A stretch of DNA of 64,000 bases from Vulcanimicrobiales bacterium (lineage in GTDB: Bacteria > Vulcanimicrobiota > Vulcanimicrobiia > Vulcanimicrobiales > Vulcanimicrobiaceae). This document shows, piece by piece, positions 18,624-28,630 of this stretch; the stretch's first letter is position 1, and the number at the start of each line of letters is the position of its first letter. The translations under genes were made by a program, and so were the position numbers. The notes under the pieces are model-generated. The model did no database searches and was not told the origin of the DNA. It saw only the letters and a list, made by a program, of their open reading frames with translations. The stretch covers positions 1 to 64,000 of the forward strand of contig JBBRLI010000017.1 in NCBI GenBank assembly GCA_038231455.1. Reading direction: 5' to 3'.

Positions 18624-20461
18624 GTTCCGCTTACAGATGCTCGCTCGTGTTCGACGATCGGATCGCAGACCGCGTGCGCGTCGATTGGCACGCCGTTATA
18701 GTGCCGTACCGAGACCAGCTTAGCGGAGAGTTCCGTCGGGAGTTCCGTGCGTAAGATTCCAAAGAGCTGACCGTCTCGATTTTGCTCGACCACGTACACG
18801 CGCTCGTGACGCGCGATGAAATCGGCGACCTGCGGCGAGAACGGTAGCGCGCGCAGACGAAGATAGTCGAATTCGAGCGCGTCAACACGCATGAGATCGC
18901 GCGCTTCGACGATCGCATGATGGGTCGTGCCGTAAGCGAGAATCCCGGCAGCGCGTCCGGCATCATCGACCGTCGGACCGGGGACGACCGTGCGGGCGGA
19001 TTCGTGTTTGCGTACCAGTCGGTCGAGATTATTCTGCCACACGACCGGTGATTCCGAATAGTGCGCGTCTTCGTCATGGCCGGTCCCGCGCGTGAAGAAT
19101 CCGGCGTCGGTATGCGGCGTCCCCGGCAGCGTGCGATACGGGATTCCATCGTGGTCGACATCGCGGTAACGGCCCCACGATTCCAGCGCGTTGAGGTCGC
19201 TTGCACCGAGCACTTTGCCGCGATCGAATGGCTCCTCCGGATACGGCAGCGACGGCGTCATCCACGAATTCATGCCCAGATCCAAATCCGATAGCACGAA
19301 AACCGGCGTCTGAAAGCGATCCGCAAGATCGAAAGCCGTCATCGCCAATTCGTAGGCTTCGAGCACCGTTGCGGGTAGCAAGAGAATGTGCTTCGTGTCG
19401 CCGTGCCCGAGCGTGTAGCAAAACGCGACATCGCCTTGCATCGTGCGTGTTGGAAGTCCCGTCGACGGCCCGGCGCGCTGGACGTCAAAAATCACGCCCG
19501 GAATTTCAGCGAAGTATCCGTAACCCGCGTACTCAGCCATCAGCGAGATCCCCGGCCCCGAGGTTGAGGTCATCGCGCGCGCACCGGCCCAGCCCGCGCC
19601 AAAGACCATGCCAATTGCGGCAAGCTCGTCTTCGGCTTGGATGATAGCTGCGCGCATCTTTCCGGTCTGCGGGTCGATGCGATATTTTTTTGAGAGCGCG
19701 ATGAACGACTCGCACAGCGACGACGAAGGCGTAATCGGATACCACGCGACAACCGAACAGCCGCCCATCACGCAGCCGAGCGCCGCAGCACGATTACCGT
19801 CCATGAACATCAAGCCTTGCGCCCCGCCCGGGACCGCTTGCAGACCGTATGGATCGATTTTAACGAGCGACTCCCGCGCGTAGGAAACACCGAGCCGCAC
19901 GGCACCGATGTTGAGCGCAACGGCCTTGGGCTTCGAGGCGAATTGTTTGGCCAACGCGGCTTCGATCGTCGCATCATCGATGCCCAGCAATTCCGCAATC
20001 ACTCCAACGTACACCATGTTTGTCAGATATTTGCGCAACGTTGGGTCGGTCGTGTAGTTTTTTGCGAGCGCCGTAAACGGGACGGCGTAGTACGTGAGGT
20101 CCGTACGCTGGGTGTCTTCATTGACGGTAAGGGCTGCATCGTGAATCACGACGCCGCCCGGTTTGACGCTTGCGACGTCGGCTTTCCATGAAACGGCGTT
20201 AAGCGCGACGAGAATGTCGACGTCCCGTGCGCGGCACTGGTAGCCTTGCGGGCTCACCCGAACGTCGAACCACGTCGGCAATCCCTCGATATTCGAGGGA
20301 AACACGTTTTTCGGCGCGGCAAGGATACCAAGCCGGAATATCGCGTTCGTAAGGGTCAGGTTCGCGGATTGGCTGCCGGAACCGTTAACCGTAGCAACGC
20401 GTAAAGTGAAGTCATTGACGATTTGATGCGACAAGGCGACCTCGATCGGCGCGATTTTCAT
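18605..20461 (-). CDS. korA: 2-oxoacid:ferredoxin oxidoreductase alpha subunit
   Basis: NGSGSQSAN, FPSNI.G.PT, WYPITPS, QAEDE, TSGPG, QR.GPSTGLPT. Start is ATG 20461 or TTG 20434. Confidence 0.93.
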   Translation of the reverse strand: MKIAPIEVALSHQIVNDFTLRVATVNGSGSQSANLTLTNAIFRLGILAAPKNVFPSNIEGLPTWFDVRVSPQGYQCRARDVDILVALNAVSWKADVASVKPGGVVIHDAALTVNEDTQRTDLTYYAVPFTALAKNYTTDPTLRKYLTNMVYVGVIAELLGIDDATIEAALAKQFASKPKAVALNIGAVRLGVSYARESLVKIDPYGLQAVPGGAQGLMFMDGNRAAALGCVMGGCSVVAWYPITPSSSLCESFIALSKKYRIDPQTGKMRAAIIQAEDELAAIGMVFGAGWAGARAMTSTSGPGISLMAEYAGYGYFAEIPGVIFDVQRAGPSTGLPTRTMQGDVAFCYTLGHGDTKHILLLPATVLEAYELAMTAFDLADRFQTPVFVLSDLDLGMNSWMTPSLPYPEEPFDRGKVLGASDLNALESWGRYRDVDHDGIPYRTLPGTPHTDAGFFTRGTGHDEDAHYSESPVVWQNNLDRLVRKHESARTVVPGPTVDDAGRAAGILAYGTTHHAIVEARDLMRVDALEFDYLRLRALPFSPQVADFIARHERVYVVEQNRDGQLFGILRTELPTELSAKLVSVRHYNGVPIDAHAVCDPIVEHERASVSGTWGMTR

Positions 20462-20603
20462 GCGCCTTCGTAAGCGCGTTCTGTGTGAAGCCGGACCCTC
20501 CCCTGATGGACGGCTATCGAGCGCATGGCGCAGGGGGACGGCTTCGTTTGAACGCACTCGCCCTAGTCGAGCGCGTCTCTTTTGCGTGCCATCCGGAGGT
20601 CTT

Positions 20604-21569
20604 GTGGTGTCACCTCGCTTATTCGCAACGGCAGTTTTTGCTGCCGCCCTTGTCGCTATCGGTCTTGACGCACCCGCGCGAGCGGCTGAAACCGTCGCCG
20701 TTGTGCCATTTGCCGAACCGGGCATCGAGCCCAATCGCGTGCTCGAAGATGCTACCGGCATCTTTACCGCGATGCTGACGGAAAAAGGCCTGGCATTTAC
20801 GACGCTTGCCCCGATGAATCGGTTGGCGGTTGTTGCTGAGGCTCCACAAATCTGCGTGAAGAGCGGAGCAACGGCAATTCTGGTTCCGGAGGCGCGCTCA
20901 GAACAAAACGTGCGCACCAAGAACTACGTAGTAACGGCGATCTCCTATTTCGCAACCCACGTCGAACTGCGACTCAATCGCGTGCGCTGCGACGGCTCCG
21001 TTGCCTGGAGCACGGTGATGACCGGCGACAAAGATTACTACGTGAATAACGCCCAAGCCGCCGTCTCCGATTCGATTGGCCTAGCGAGTCGGCGCGCACT
21101 CGATGCGTACGTTGCGCGCGGACCCGAGGGGCCAGCCTCCGCCCTTGCCACAGCCGTCCCCACCACGGGGTCGAAGATCGCGATCGTCCCTTTTGCACAG
21201 CCCGGCGGACCCGATCCAAGTCTGGACTTTGCAACGACCGAAGCGGAAAAACGCTACACGGCCAAAGGCATGAGCGCCGTCGTCACCGATCCGATGGATT
21301 TTCTGGTGGCGACGCGCAACGCAAATGCCGTCTGCGCGAAATACAGCGCGTCGCAACTCGTCATGGGATCGCTTCGCACCGAGCAGACAAGCAAATTCAG
21401 CGGGATCGCGACGCACGCGGAAGTTCGTCTGACCAGCGTCGACTGCACCGGGAAAGTCGTGGCAGTGAAGAGCGCCATTGGCGATCATCTCCACCACGGC
21501 GCGAACTTTCGCGCCGGCGTTTCATCCGCGATCGAAGATGCCTTCGGTCACTGGAGCGAAGCAAAGTAG
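20604..21569 (+). CDS. exported protein made of two homologous alpha/beta domains
   Basis: GGAGG RBS, signal peptide, duplicated VAVVPFAEPG / IAIVPFAQPG units. Confidence 0.8.
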   Translation: MVSPRLFATAVFAAALVAIGLDAPARAAETVAVVPFAEPGIEPNRVLEDATGIFTAMLTEKGLAFTTLAPMNRLAVVAEAPQICVKSGATAILVPEARSEQNVRTKNYVVTAISYFATHVELRLNRVRCDGSVAWSTVMTGDKDYYVNNAQAAVSDSIGLASRRALDAYVARGPEGPASALATAVPTTGSKIAIVPFAQPGGPDPSLDFATTEAEKRYTAKGMSAVVTDPMDFLVATRNANAVCAKYSASQLVMGSLRTEQTSKFSGIATHAEVRLTSVDCTGKVVAVKSAIGDHLHHGANFRAGVSSAIEDAFGHWSEAK

Positions 21570-21582
21570 GTCGCGCGCTCGT

Positions 21583-22128
21583 TTATTCGGCTGAGCGTGG
21601 GTCGCGCTGCAACGAGGCGTAGTCGCGATCCATCGCCCCCGAATCGATATACTGTTTCGAACGCATCGCCAGATGCTCGAACGCGCGACCGGTATGCGGA
21701 CCGAAGGCAATGCGGCGTTGCTTGATGATGGGGAGCAGCTGCTCCCACACATCGACGAACGTGTCGGCGTATTCGGCGAGCACGAGGCCCTCGGCCACGC
21801 CGCCTTTGGTCACGAGAACCGAGATGTGTTCCAAGAATCGCAGGAGCATCCCGACATCGTTATAGTCTTCCGATAAAAACGCGGGATCGGTCAACTGCTG
21901 GCGAAATTCGGGATCCGACGCGAAACGCGCAGCGACGACTGTGATTTGCCGTCGCGCTTTCATTACCGCCGCCGAATCCATATGGTCGATGAGCCGCAAG
22001 TAAACGACGATGTCGTTTGCGTTGCGAAAGTGACGCAGTTGTAAGAACGCCGCAAGCGCCGTCAGCGCAACGATAATCGCCGAAACGAGCGATGCAATTG
22101 CAGCAGCCCAACCGGAGTCGATCGTCAT
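21583..22128 (-). CDS. hypothetical membrane-anchored protein (DUF4760-like)
   Basis: N-terminal TM helix then LL.FLE.I..LV..G, W..L.P.I...R, FE.LA; ATGA overlap with the MocR gene. Confidence 0.7.
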   Translation of the reverse strand: MTIDSGWAAAIASLVSAIIVALTALAAFLQLRHFRNANDIVVYLRLIDHMDSAAVMKARRQITVVAARFASDPEFRQQLTDPAFLSEDYNDVGMLLRFLEHISVLVTKGGVAEGLVLAEYADTFVDVWEQLLPIIKQRRIAFGPHTGRAFEHLAMRSKQYIDSGAMDRDYASLQRDPRSAE

Positions 22129-23429
22129 GGCAGTTCCCAATTCGCTGCCGCAAGGGCGGCGGCGAGCGCTTCCGCTTCGGTTACCTCCATCGTCGTTGTC
22201 GTGACGCGCACCGCCGGCGGCGACGACGCGCTACGATAGCGGCTGCCGGCGTCAATTGCGAAACCCGCGCCGAGGGCCGCACGAATCGCTGCCGCTTCGT
22301 CCGCAACCGTAATCCAAACGGTGAAGCCGGAGAATCCCGCCGCCGTAAGACCGTGCTTCTTACATGCATCCAAGAACGCTAGTCGCCGCTTCGCATAGGC
22401 GATCGACGCCGCGTGCGCCAGGCGTTTCGTTGCCGGCGCGTCAAGCAACGCGAACGCCGTGTCTTGCAAGAGATTGCTGACCCAGCCGCAGCCGATGCGC
22501 TGTCGTGCGACGATGCGCGCAAGCGTGAGTTCGTCCGATGCGAACGGAGCAACGCGAATATCCGGCCCGATCGTTTTTGCGAGCGACCTGACGTGCAGCC
22601 AGCGCGCGCGGCCCGATGCAATCGAATGCAGCGGCATGCCACAAATCATTGCGAGATAATCGTCTTCGAGAACGCCGACCTCGGGTGCCTCCGCGAGGAT
22701 CGTCCGTAATGCACGTGTGCGCCGCGCATCAAACGAGGCGCCGGTTGGATTTTGCGCTCGCGGAACCACGACGATTGCCTTGGCACGCGCGCGAATCGCG
22801 CTTTTGAGTGCGACTGGGGTGATGCCGTGCTCGTCGATCGCCATGCGAACCACTTGTAATCCGAGCGCACGTGCGAGCAACAGGTAAGGCGGATAGGTCG
22901 GATCTTCAAGGGCGATGACATCTCCCGGACCGGTCATCGCCATGAGTCCGCGTTCGATTGCGTCCATCGCGCCGCTCGCGATGCCGATCTGTTTGCCCTC
23001 GACGCCGTCCGCAACGACGTGCTTGCGGAAGAGCGCAATCAGCTCTTCGTTATCCGCGATGTCCGTGTAGAGGCGGCGTTCGCCCGAGATGCGCGCGAGC
23101 GTCGGCTTAAGCGTTGGTAAGAACGCCGGATCGGGATTCGCAACGGCAAAATTGCGGCCCGGCAAAGCACTCGGCTCGCCCGCACTCTGCAGCGGCATCC
23201 GCGGAACGACGATCGATCCGCCGCGCCGCTTACCCACGATGCGTCCTTGCGCGCGTAAAATCGCAAACGCAGCATTCACCGTCGTGGGACTTACCGAGAG
23301 TTCTTCGGCGAGTGCGCGAATCGTCGGCAGCGCATCACCGCCGGCGTAGGCCCCCGCGTCGATTTGACGCTCGATGTTTTCGGCAATGGCCCTAGCGGAG
23401 CGGGCGGACGTATGATATTGTACCGTCAT
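22125..23429 (-). CDS. MocR/GntR-family PLP-dependent transcriptional regulator
   Basis: LPTIR.LA..L.VS..TV GntR HTH; EDPTY, QNPTG, EDD, SLAK aminotransferase class I domain. Confidence 0.93.
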   Translation of the reverse strand: MTVQYHTSARSARAIAENIERQIDAGAYAGGDALPTIRALAEELSVSPTTVNAAFAILRAQGRIVGKRRGGSIVVPRMPLQSAGEPSALPGRNFAVANPDPAFLPTLKPTLARISGERRLYTDIADNEELIALFRKHVVADGVEGKQIGIASGAMDAIERGLMAMTGPGDVIALEDPTYPPYLLLARALGLQVVRMAIDEHGITPVALKSAIRARAKAIVVVPRAQNPTGASFDARRTRALRTILAEAPEVGVLEDDYLAMICGMPLHSIASGRARWLHVRSLAKTIGPDIRVAPFASDELTLARIVARQRIGCGWVSNLLQDTAFALLDAPATKRLAHAASIAYAKRRLAFLDACKKHGLTAAGFSGFTVWITVADEAAAIRAALGAGFAIDAGSRYRSASSPPAVRVTTTTMEVTEAEALAAALAAANWELP

Positions 23430-23436
23430 AATCTTA

Positions 23437-23454
23437 TTTTGTAGTGTAACAAAA
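23437..23454. promoter_or_regulatory. putative MocR operator in a 36-bp divergent intergenic region
   Basis: Inverted repeat TTTTGT-agtgta-ACAAAA between the divergent regulator and EamA starts. Confidence 0.55.
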
Positions 23455-23465
23455 AGGTTGGCATT

Positions 23466-24371
23466 GTGACAAGGGCTTTGGCAGCATTCGCGTTTTTGGT
23501 CGTGGTGTTCGGCACGACATTCGGCGCTATCAAAATTGGAATCGTCGATGGCTGGCCACCGCTCCTTGCGGCCGGCCTTCGGTTTACAATCGCGGGACTG
23601 CTCGTTCTAGGCGTCGCCCGCCTCACGAAGCAAACCAAACCGCTTACGCGAGCCGAGTTCCGCGGAGCGACGGCCGTCGGTCTCACGGTAACGAGCGCAA
23701 CGTTCGGCGCGCTCTACTGCGCCGAGGGCGTCTTGCCCTCAGGCCTTGCAGCAGTGCTGTCTGCGACGAGCCCGCTCTTTGCCGTGGCGCTTGCGATCGC
23801 GGGGGGAAATCGCCGGTTCGAACCCACGATCACGATCGGCCTGATCGTTGCGACGCTCGGCGTCGTTCTCGTCTCAGGTGCCGGCGCAGTAAGCGGCAGG
23901 CCGGCGCTGCTCGCGTCGATTGCGATCGTCGCCTCCGAGATCGCATTCGCGTGGGGCCTCGCACAAACGAAGGGGCTCCGCGCAACGATTCCCGCACTCC
24001 AGCTCGCCGGCACGCAACAGGCCGTCGGCGGCGCGGTGCTTCTCGCGCTCTCGCTTGCCTTCGAACATCACGGCCCCGCGCACATCGACGCGGCGGGACT
24101 CGGCGCGCTGTTCTATCTCATCATCGTCGGCAGCGCGGTCGCGCACACCGTTGCGATTTGGCTTGCCGGCGCGACATCCGCGACATTTGCGTCATCGTGG
24201 ACGTATATCTCGCCGTTTATCGCGCTGCTTTTCGGTGCGGCGTATTTGCACGAAATTCCCGGCACCGCGGCGTGGATCGGAGGCGCTTTCGTCGTTGCCG
24301 GCGCCGTCATCCTCAATCGCGACTTACGGCAAACGCTACGCGGCCCTGCGCTCGTTACGCCGCGTAGGTAA
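23466..24371 (+). CDS. EamA/DMT family transporter
   Basis: About 10 TM helices, PP.L.A.LRF..AG, PSGLAA, Y..P..A...G....E. Confidence 0.9.
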   Translation: MTRALAAFAFLVVVFGTTFGAIKIGIVDGWPPLLAAGLRFTIAGLLVLGVARLTKQTKPLTRAEFRGATAVGLTVTSATFGALYCAEGVLPSGLAAVLSATSPLFAVALAIAGGNRRFEPTITIGLIVATLGVVLVSGAGAVSGRPALLASIAIVASEIAFAWGLAQTKGLRATIPALQLAGTQQAVGGAVLLALSLAFEHHGPAHIDAAGLGALFYLIIVGSAVAHTVAIWLAGATSATFASSWTYISPFIALLFGAAYLHEIPGTAAWIGGAFVVAGAVILNRDLRQTLRGPALVTPRR

Positions 24372-25227
24372 GCTGGACAAGACGCACGCGCTGATCTCCG
24401 AACAGCGTTCCGCAACTCGTGCCGTTGAACGTTCCTGACGTCGGCGGGACGTCCCCATAATCGCGTCCGACCGCGACCACCAGGTAGCGAAAATCGGTTG
24501 GCGCGCAATACGTCGGATCGAGCGAGAGTACCGTCGAACCGCTCGCTGCAGGGATCAGAAACTCAACCCACGCGTGCGTTGCGCCTTCACCGATAAGATG
24601 CCCCGATGCATAGCGCGCGCCGATTCCGCAAGCGCGCGCGAGCGCGATTGCGATATGCGAGAAATCTTGACAGACGCCGCGTCCCATGTGATAAGCCGTC
24701 GAGGCGGTTGTGAAAACGTCGGTGACGTTCTTCGTATAAATCATGTGGCGGTTCACGAAGCGCACGATCGCCTGGGCACAGTCTCGATCGTTTGGATGGA
24801 TGGCGCGAAGGTCGGCGGCGACATCGAGCAGCGCTCGATCTGCGCGGGTCAGGCGTCCGACATCGAACCAGTGACGGTACTGCACATCGGAGACATGCAT
24901 CGCGGAGTTGGTACGGACGATCGTCGATTCAAGGCCGAAGACGACTTCGCGCTCGATCGCCGCGATCGAAAGTGAGGCGACATCGTTGCCGAAATCGTCG
25001 GTCGAAAAGGCCAGCGGGACGTGCGTCGAGGACCAAATCCGGTGCGCGAAGCGCTGCTGATCGAGATGACGCTCCCGCGGCGCGATCATCAATCGATGGT
25101 GGAGGTCGCGAATCGGCGAATCGTACTCATAGCGGAGCGTCTGATCGATGCGGTAGCGAGCGGCGAGGACGCCGCTCCAGTCCACGGGGCGCGGATCGAT
25201 GCCGCTCTCCGAGGCTTCGACCCTCAC
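24355..25227 (-). CDS. transglutaminase-like protein
   Basis: GVCQDFSH, ARYASG, THAWVE, DPT, VAVGRDYGDV.P. Confidence 0.92.
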   Translation of the reverse strand: MRVEASESGIDPRPVDWSGVLAARYRIDQTLRYEYDSPIRDLHHRLMIAPRERHLDQQRFAHRIWSSTHVPLAFSTDDFGNDVASLSIAAIEREVVFGLESTIVRTNSAMHVSDVQYRHWFDVGRLTRADRALLDVAADLRAIHPNDRDCAQAIVRFVNRHMIYTKNVTDVFTTASTAYHMGRGVCQDFSHIAIALARACGIGARYASGHLIGEGATHAWVEFLIPAASGSTVLSLDPTYCAPTDFRYLVVAVGRDYGDVPPTSGTFNGTSCGTLFGDQRVRLVQLTYAA

Positions 25228-26066
25228 GCGACGGGCTCGGCGATCACCGTCATACCATCGAAACGCGCGTTGCCGAAGGTCGTCACCATCGCGACGTCCA
25301 GGGCGTCACGTCCGCGCGCGATAAGCACGCGACCGCGACGCCGCTCGTTGTTCCGCGCATCAAAAGTCCACCAGCGATCGTCCAAATACACCTCGAACCA
25401 CGCCGCGAAGTCCATCTCGGCACCAGTTGAGGGGACGTCGATATCCGGCAAATACCCGAACGCGTAACGCGCCGGAATGTTCAGCGCGCGCGTGAAGGCG
25501 ATCGCCAAGTGTGCGAAATCGCGACAAACGCCGCGTCCCGCAGCAAGCACGTCACTCGAGGTCGTCATCGCCGTGCTGGTGCCGTACCCGAAGGCGATCG
25601 CGGAATGCACGTAATCGCACACGGCTTGGACGCGCTCCCAGCCCGGTACGGTTTGGCCGAACAGTTCCCAGGCACGGTCGGTGATCGCATCGGAGAGACA
25701 GTAGCGGCTCGGCAACGTATACATCAGCGCATCGTCGGGCAGATCTTCGATGAGCACCTGACGAGCCGTCGGTTCGAGGGGATCGAGCCGGTCATCGATC
25801 GTGACATCGGCGTCGTACCGGACGACCGAATCGCCCGGCGGGAGCGTGAGCCGGCGGCACACGTTGCCGTAGACGTCGGTGTAGTCATGGTACGTGCTTG
25901 CCGGCTCGGTCACCCACGTTTCACGGACCAAGCGAGAATCGGGCGAAAGCATCGGACGCACCAGAAAAATTGCCGGTACCGCAGCACTGATCTGATGGCG
26001 AAATTCGCATCCGACGCGGATCGTCAGCATTTGCGTGACCACTTCCATTGTCGAGAGCATTCCCAT
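25224..26066 (-). CDS. transglutaminase-like protein
   Basis: LPSRYC.SD, GVCRDFAH, NIPARY..GYL.DI, MDF.AWFEVYL, GRDA.DVA. Confidence 0.93.
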   Translation of the reverse strand: MGMLSTMEVVTQMLTIRVGCEFRHQISAAVPAIFLVRPMLSPDSRLVRETWVTEPASTYHDYTDVYGNVCRRLTLPPGDSVVRYDADVTIDDRLDPLEPTARQVLIEDLPDDALMYTLPSRYCLSDAITDRAWELFGQTVPGWERVQAVCDYVHSAIAFGYGTSTAMTTSSDVLAAGRGVCRDFAHLAIAFTRALNIPARYAFGYLPDIDVPSTGAEMDFAAWFEVYLDDRWWTFDARNNERRRGRVLIARGRDALDVAMVTTFGNARFDGMTVIAEPVA

Positions 26067-26130
26067 CCAATCCGCAGATACCGTTTCGCCATTTGGCCCG
26101 TCCGTTGGAGCCGGTCCGGCCGCCGGTCGA

Positions 26131-26901
26131 CTATGCGCCTGCGAGATCGGTCGAATCGATCGAGAGAACCTCGTGTCGAACCACGGCCTCGACGCGCTCG
26201 ATCTCGACGATCTGTTCGGTATGGACGTCGACTTCTTCTCTCACCACGGTCCGTTTTGTAAGTTCCACTTCCTCGTGACGCAGCGGAATACGCACGATCT
26301 CGACGCCACCGCCCTCCGCGAGCCGCGTCCGGCGGATCACGAATTCTTCGCGCGTAACTTGCACGTCGAACGTTTTTGTCTCCTTGATGACTTCGGTCGT
26401 AAAGACGATCTCATTCGTCACGACGACATTCTTCTGAACCTCGAGGATCTCCGCACGCAGCAGAATGGTGCGCTCGACGCCGGCGCCGTTTGCAAGTCCG
26501 AGATCGCCTCGCGCGCGCACGAGGATCGTCACGCGTTCAGCTGTGACGTCGCGTCCGGGAAGAACGAGGAGCACATCGTCGCCGAGCGATGCGGCGAAGT
26601 GCCGCGCTCGGTCCTCATCGATACCAAGATCGTTTAGGCGGTCGAAGACGTCACGCCCGTCCGATTTCGGTTCGTCGCGAAGCCCGATGAAGTCGGTGAT
26701 CGCGTTGCGTGGTTTCTCGAACGCATCGATCGCGCGAACGGAATAACTCTCGTGAAGTTCCCGCGCGCGCCGCTCGGAGCGCGTGATAACCGAAAGCGAA
26801 CCGGGAAGGACGCCGGTGTTTACCAGCTCGGCGATCGCCTCTCCGATGGCGTCGTCATCGGCGCGAAAGAGCGCTGCTACGGCATTCTGGGTGCGGTTCA
26901 T
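26131..26901 (-). CDS. YsnF/AvaK (DUF2382) domain protein
   Basis: V.V.REE, IRIPL..EEV...KR.VV.EEV, VR.E.L. Confidence 0.82.
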   Translation of the reverse strand: MNRTQNAVAALFRADDDAIGEAIAELVNTGVLPGSLSVITRSERRARELHESYSVRAIDAFEKPRNAITDFIGLRDEPKSDGRDVFDRLNDLGIDEDRARHFAASLGDDVLLVLPGRDVTAERVTILVRARGDLGLANGAGVERTILLRAEILEVQKNVVVTNEIVFTTEVIKETKTFDVQVTREEFVIRRTRLAEGGGVEIVRIPLRHEEVELTKRTVVREEVDVHTEQIVEIERVEAVVRHEVLSIDSTDLAGA

Positions 26902-26910
26902 GTGTCTCTC

Positions 26911-26948
26911 CAAAAGAAAAAGCTGGGCACGTTATGCCCAGCTTTTCT
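26911..26948 (-). terminator. intrinsic-terminator-like hairpin between the two DUF2382 genes
   Basis: AAAAGCTGGGCA-N5-TGCCCAGCTTTT stem; on the minus strand it is followed by a TCTTTT tract. Confidence 0.7.
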
Positions 26949-26971
26949 CAGAATCTTCGCTTCGCTTCGCG

Positions 26972-27859
26972 CTAATCGCGCTCGCGCGACGTGCGACCGC
27001 CGTCGGTTACCAACCGCTCTTCGCGAACGGTTTCGTTGACACGCTGCGTCTCGGAAATTGCGCGCTTTCCAACGAGCACTTCTTCGGTGACGACCGGCCG
27101 CTTGGTCACGCGAATTTCTTCGCGCGTAAGCGGAATTCGGATGGTCTCGCCCTGGCCGATTGGCGTTTGATCGAGCGATGCGGTCTCCGAGCTGACCGGG
27201 CGCCGCTCGATGAAGAGCTCTTCGCGAATCGTGGGGACATCGATACTCTGCTGCTGGGAGATGACATCTTTGCGGATTTCCGCGACGCCGTTCGGCACGG
27301 CCTCTTTGTCGACGGTCAACCGTTCCGAGCGTAATTGGATGCGTTTTTCTGAGTCGATCTTCTCACCGCGCGCGAAGCGATCCGCGTCCTGATACCCTAA
27401 GATATCCGAACCGCGCGCGCCGCTAAGCGCGGTATCACTGGCGAACGACTCGCCTGCGACGATGTGCCCACCGCAAGCCTCGATGATTTCGGCGGCCAGT
27501 TCGGGATGGTTGTGGCCGTCGACCGTCAGCAAAACGCTATTCGGATCGAGCGAGCGGTCGAGCCGTTGCGCTTCGCTCTCGGCAACACCGTGGTGAACGA
27601 GCGCCGCATGCAGCGAACGCCCGCCGTTTGACTCCGAGCCTTCGCCGCTGAAAAAGCGACCGATCTTTGCGCCGAGCGAATCTTCTTGACCGACCGCAAG
27701 AGTGCCGTCTGACTGCGTCACGCCCAGCCAGATATTATGGAAATGTTCATCGTGAAGTTGTTCGACCGCTTGCTGCGCGTGCGCACGATTCGGAAATGCC
27801 GCTACGAGTGCACGTCCGTCGTAAACTTGATCGCTTGGTGTGGTGTCAATCGAGTCCAT
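26972..27859 (-). CDS. YsnF/AvaK (DUF2382) domain protein
   Basis: IQLRSERL.V.K, IDVP..REEL.IERRPV, IRIPL.REE..V.KRPVV.EEV.VGKR. Confidence 0.9.
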   Translation of the reverse strand: MDSIDTTPSDQVYDGRALVAAFPNRAHAQQAVEQLHDEHFHNIWLGVTQSDGTLAVGQEDSLGAKIGRFFSGEGSESNGGRSLHAALVHHGVAESEAQRLDRSLDPNSVLLTVDGHNHPELAAEIIEACGGHIVAGESFASDTALSGARGSDILGYQDADRFARGEKIDSEKRIQLRSERLTVDKEAVPNGVAEIRKDVISQQQSIDVPTIREELFIERRPVSSETASLDQTPIGQGETIRIPLTREEIRVTKRPVVTEEVLVGKRAISETQRVNETVREERLVTDGGRTSRERD

Positions 27860-27978
27860 TGTCGCTCATTCCATAAAAGCAAAAAGTGAGGTGCGCGGAA
27901 CGTACCCCACTTTTTGCATTCACCTCGCAAGCGTGCCGCAGCACGCACGGCCGGCGATCAAGTCTGAGCGTACACGCC

Positions 27979-28491
27979 CTACTGTTTCACGACGATCGCG
28001 CCGCGCATTATTTTTTGGTGATACGCGCAAGCGTAGTAAAACGTACCGGGGGTCTTCGCCGTGAAGATCTTGTTTGAAGCGGAATGCGGTCGCACGTTCC
28101 CGGTGCTCCACTCACTTGCGCCGATGTCGCTCCGATGTTCTTTCGTCGGATCGCCCTGAAAACGGTAATCATCTGGAATCTGTTGTCCGCCAAACGAGTA
28201 GCCTGTCGCTGTGTGCTCGTTGTCGTCGGTGTTCGTAAAGCGAATCCGGTCACCGACGTGCACCTCGGTAACAATCGGATCGAAGCCGGCAAGTTTTCCT
28301 TGATCGGGGCGCTTGTGCGGCTTGAAGTCGATATCCATGTTGATCACTTGCAAGCGATGTTTTGCGGGCTTGCCGGCTGCTTTCATGTGGCCGCCTTGAT
28401 CCGCTTTGAGGGAATCGGCCAGCACGGGGAACCCGCTAGCGGTTATGGCAAAAACCGCTGCGAGGGCAGCAAATGAGGTACGAAGGCGCAT
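27979..28491 (-). CDS. exported cupredoxin-domain protein
   Basis: Signal peptide; VGD.I.F.N.D..EH; PGTFYYACAYHQKIMRG.IVV. Confidence 0.85.
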   Translation of the reverse strand: MRLRTSFAALAAVFAITASGFPVLADSLKADQGGHMKAAGKPAKHRLQVINMDIDFKPHKRPDQGKLAGFDPIVTEVHVGDRIRFTNTDDNEHTATGYSFGGQQIPDDYRFQGDPTKEHRSDIGASEWSTGNVRPHSASNKIFTAKTPGTFYYACAYHQKIMRGAIVVKQ

Positions 28492-28630
28492 ATCTGAAGC
28501 TCCAATCGAAGTGATGATCGCTGCATATACCCGCCAGGCGCACGGCTCACTCCGAGGCCGAGCCGTGATGCCCGGCACGGCGATTGCTCTTTGCGCGTGA
28601 GACGATGCGCAGGCCAAAGCAGAAACGGGG

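Noticed and set aside
28598-28600. Sec codon extending tspO to ATG 28568
   Set aside because: No redox motif context or convincing SECIS, and the extension is not TspO-like.
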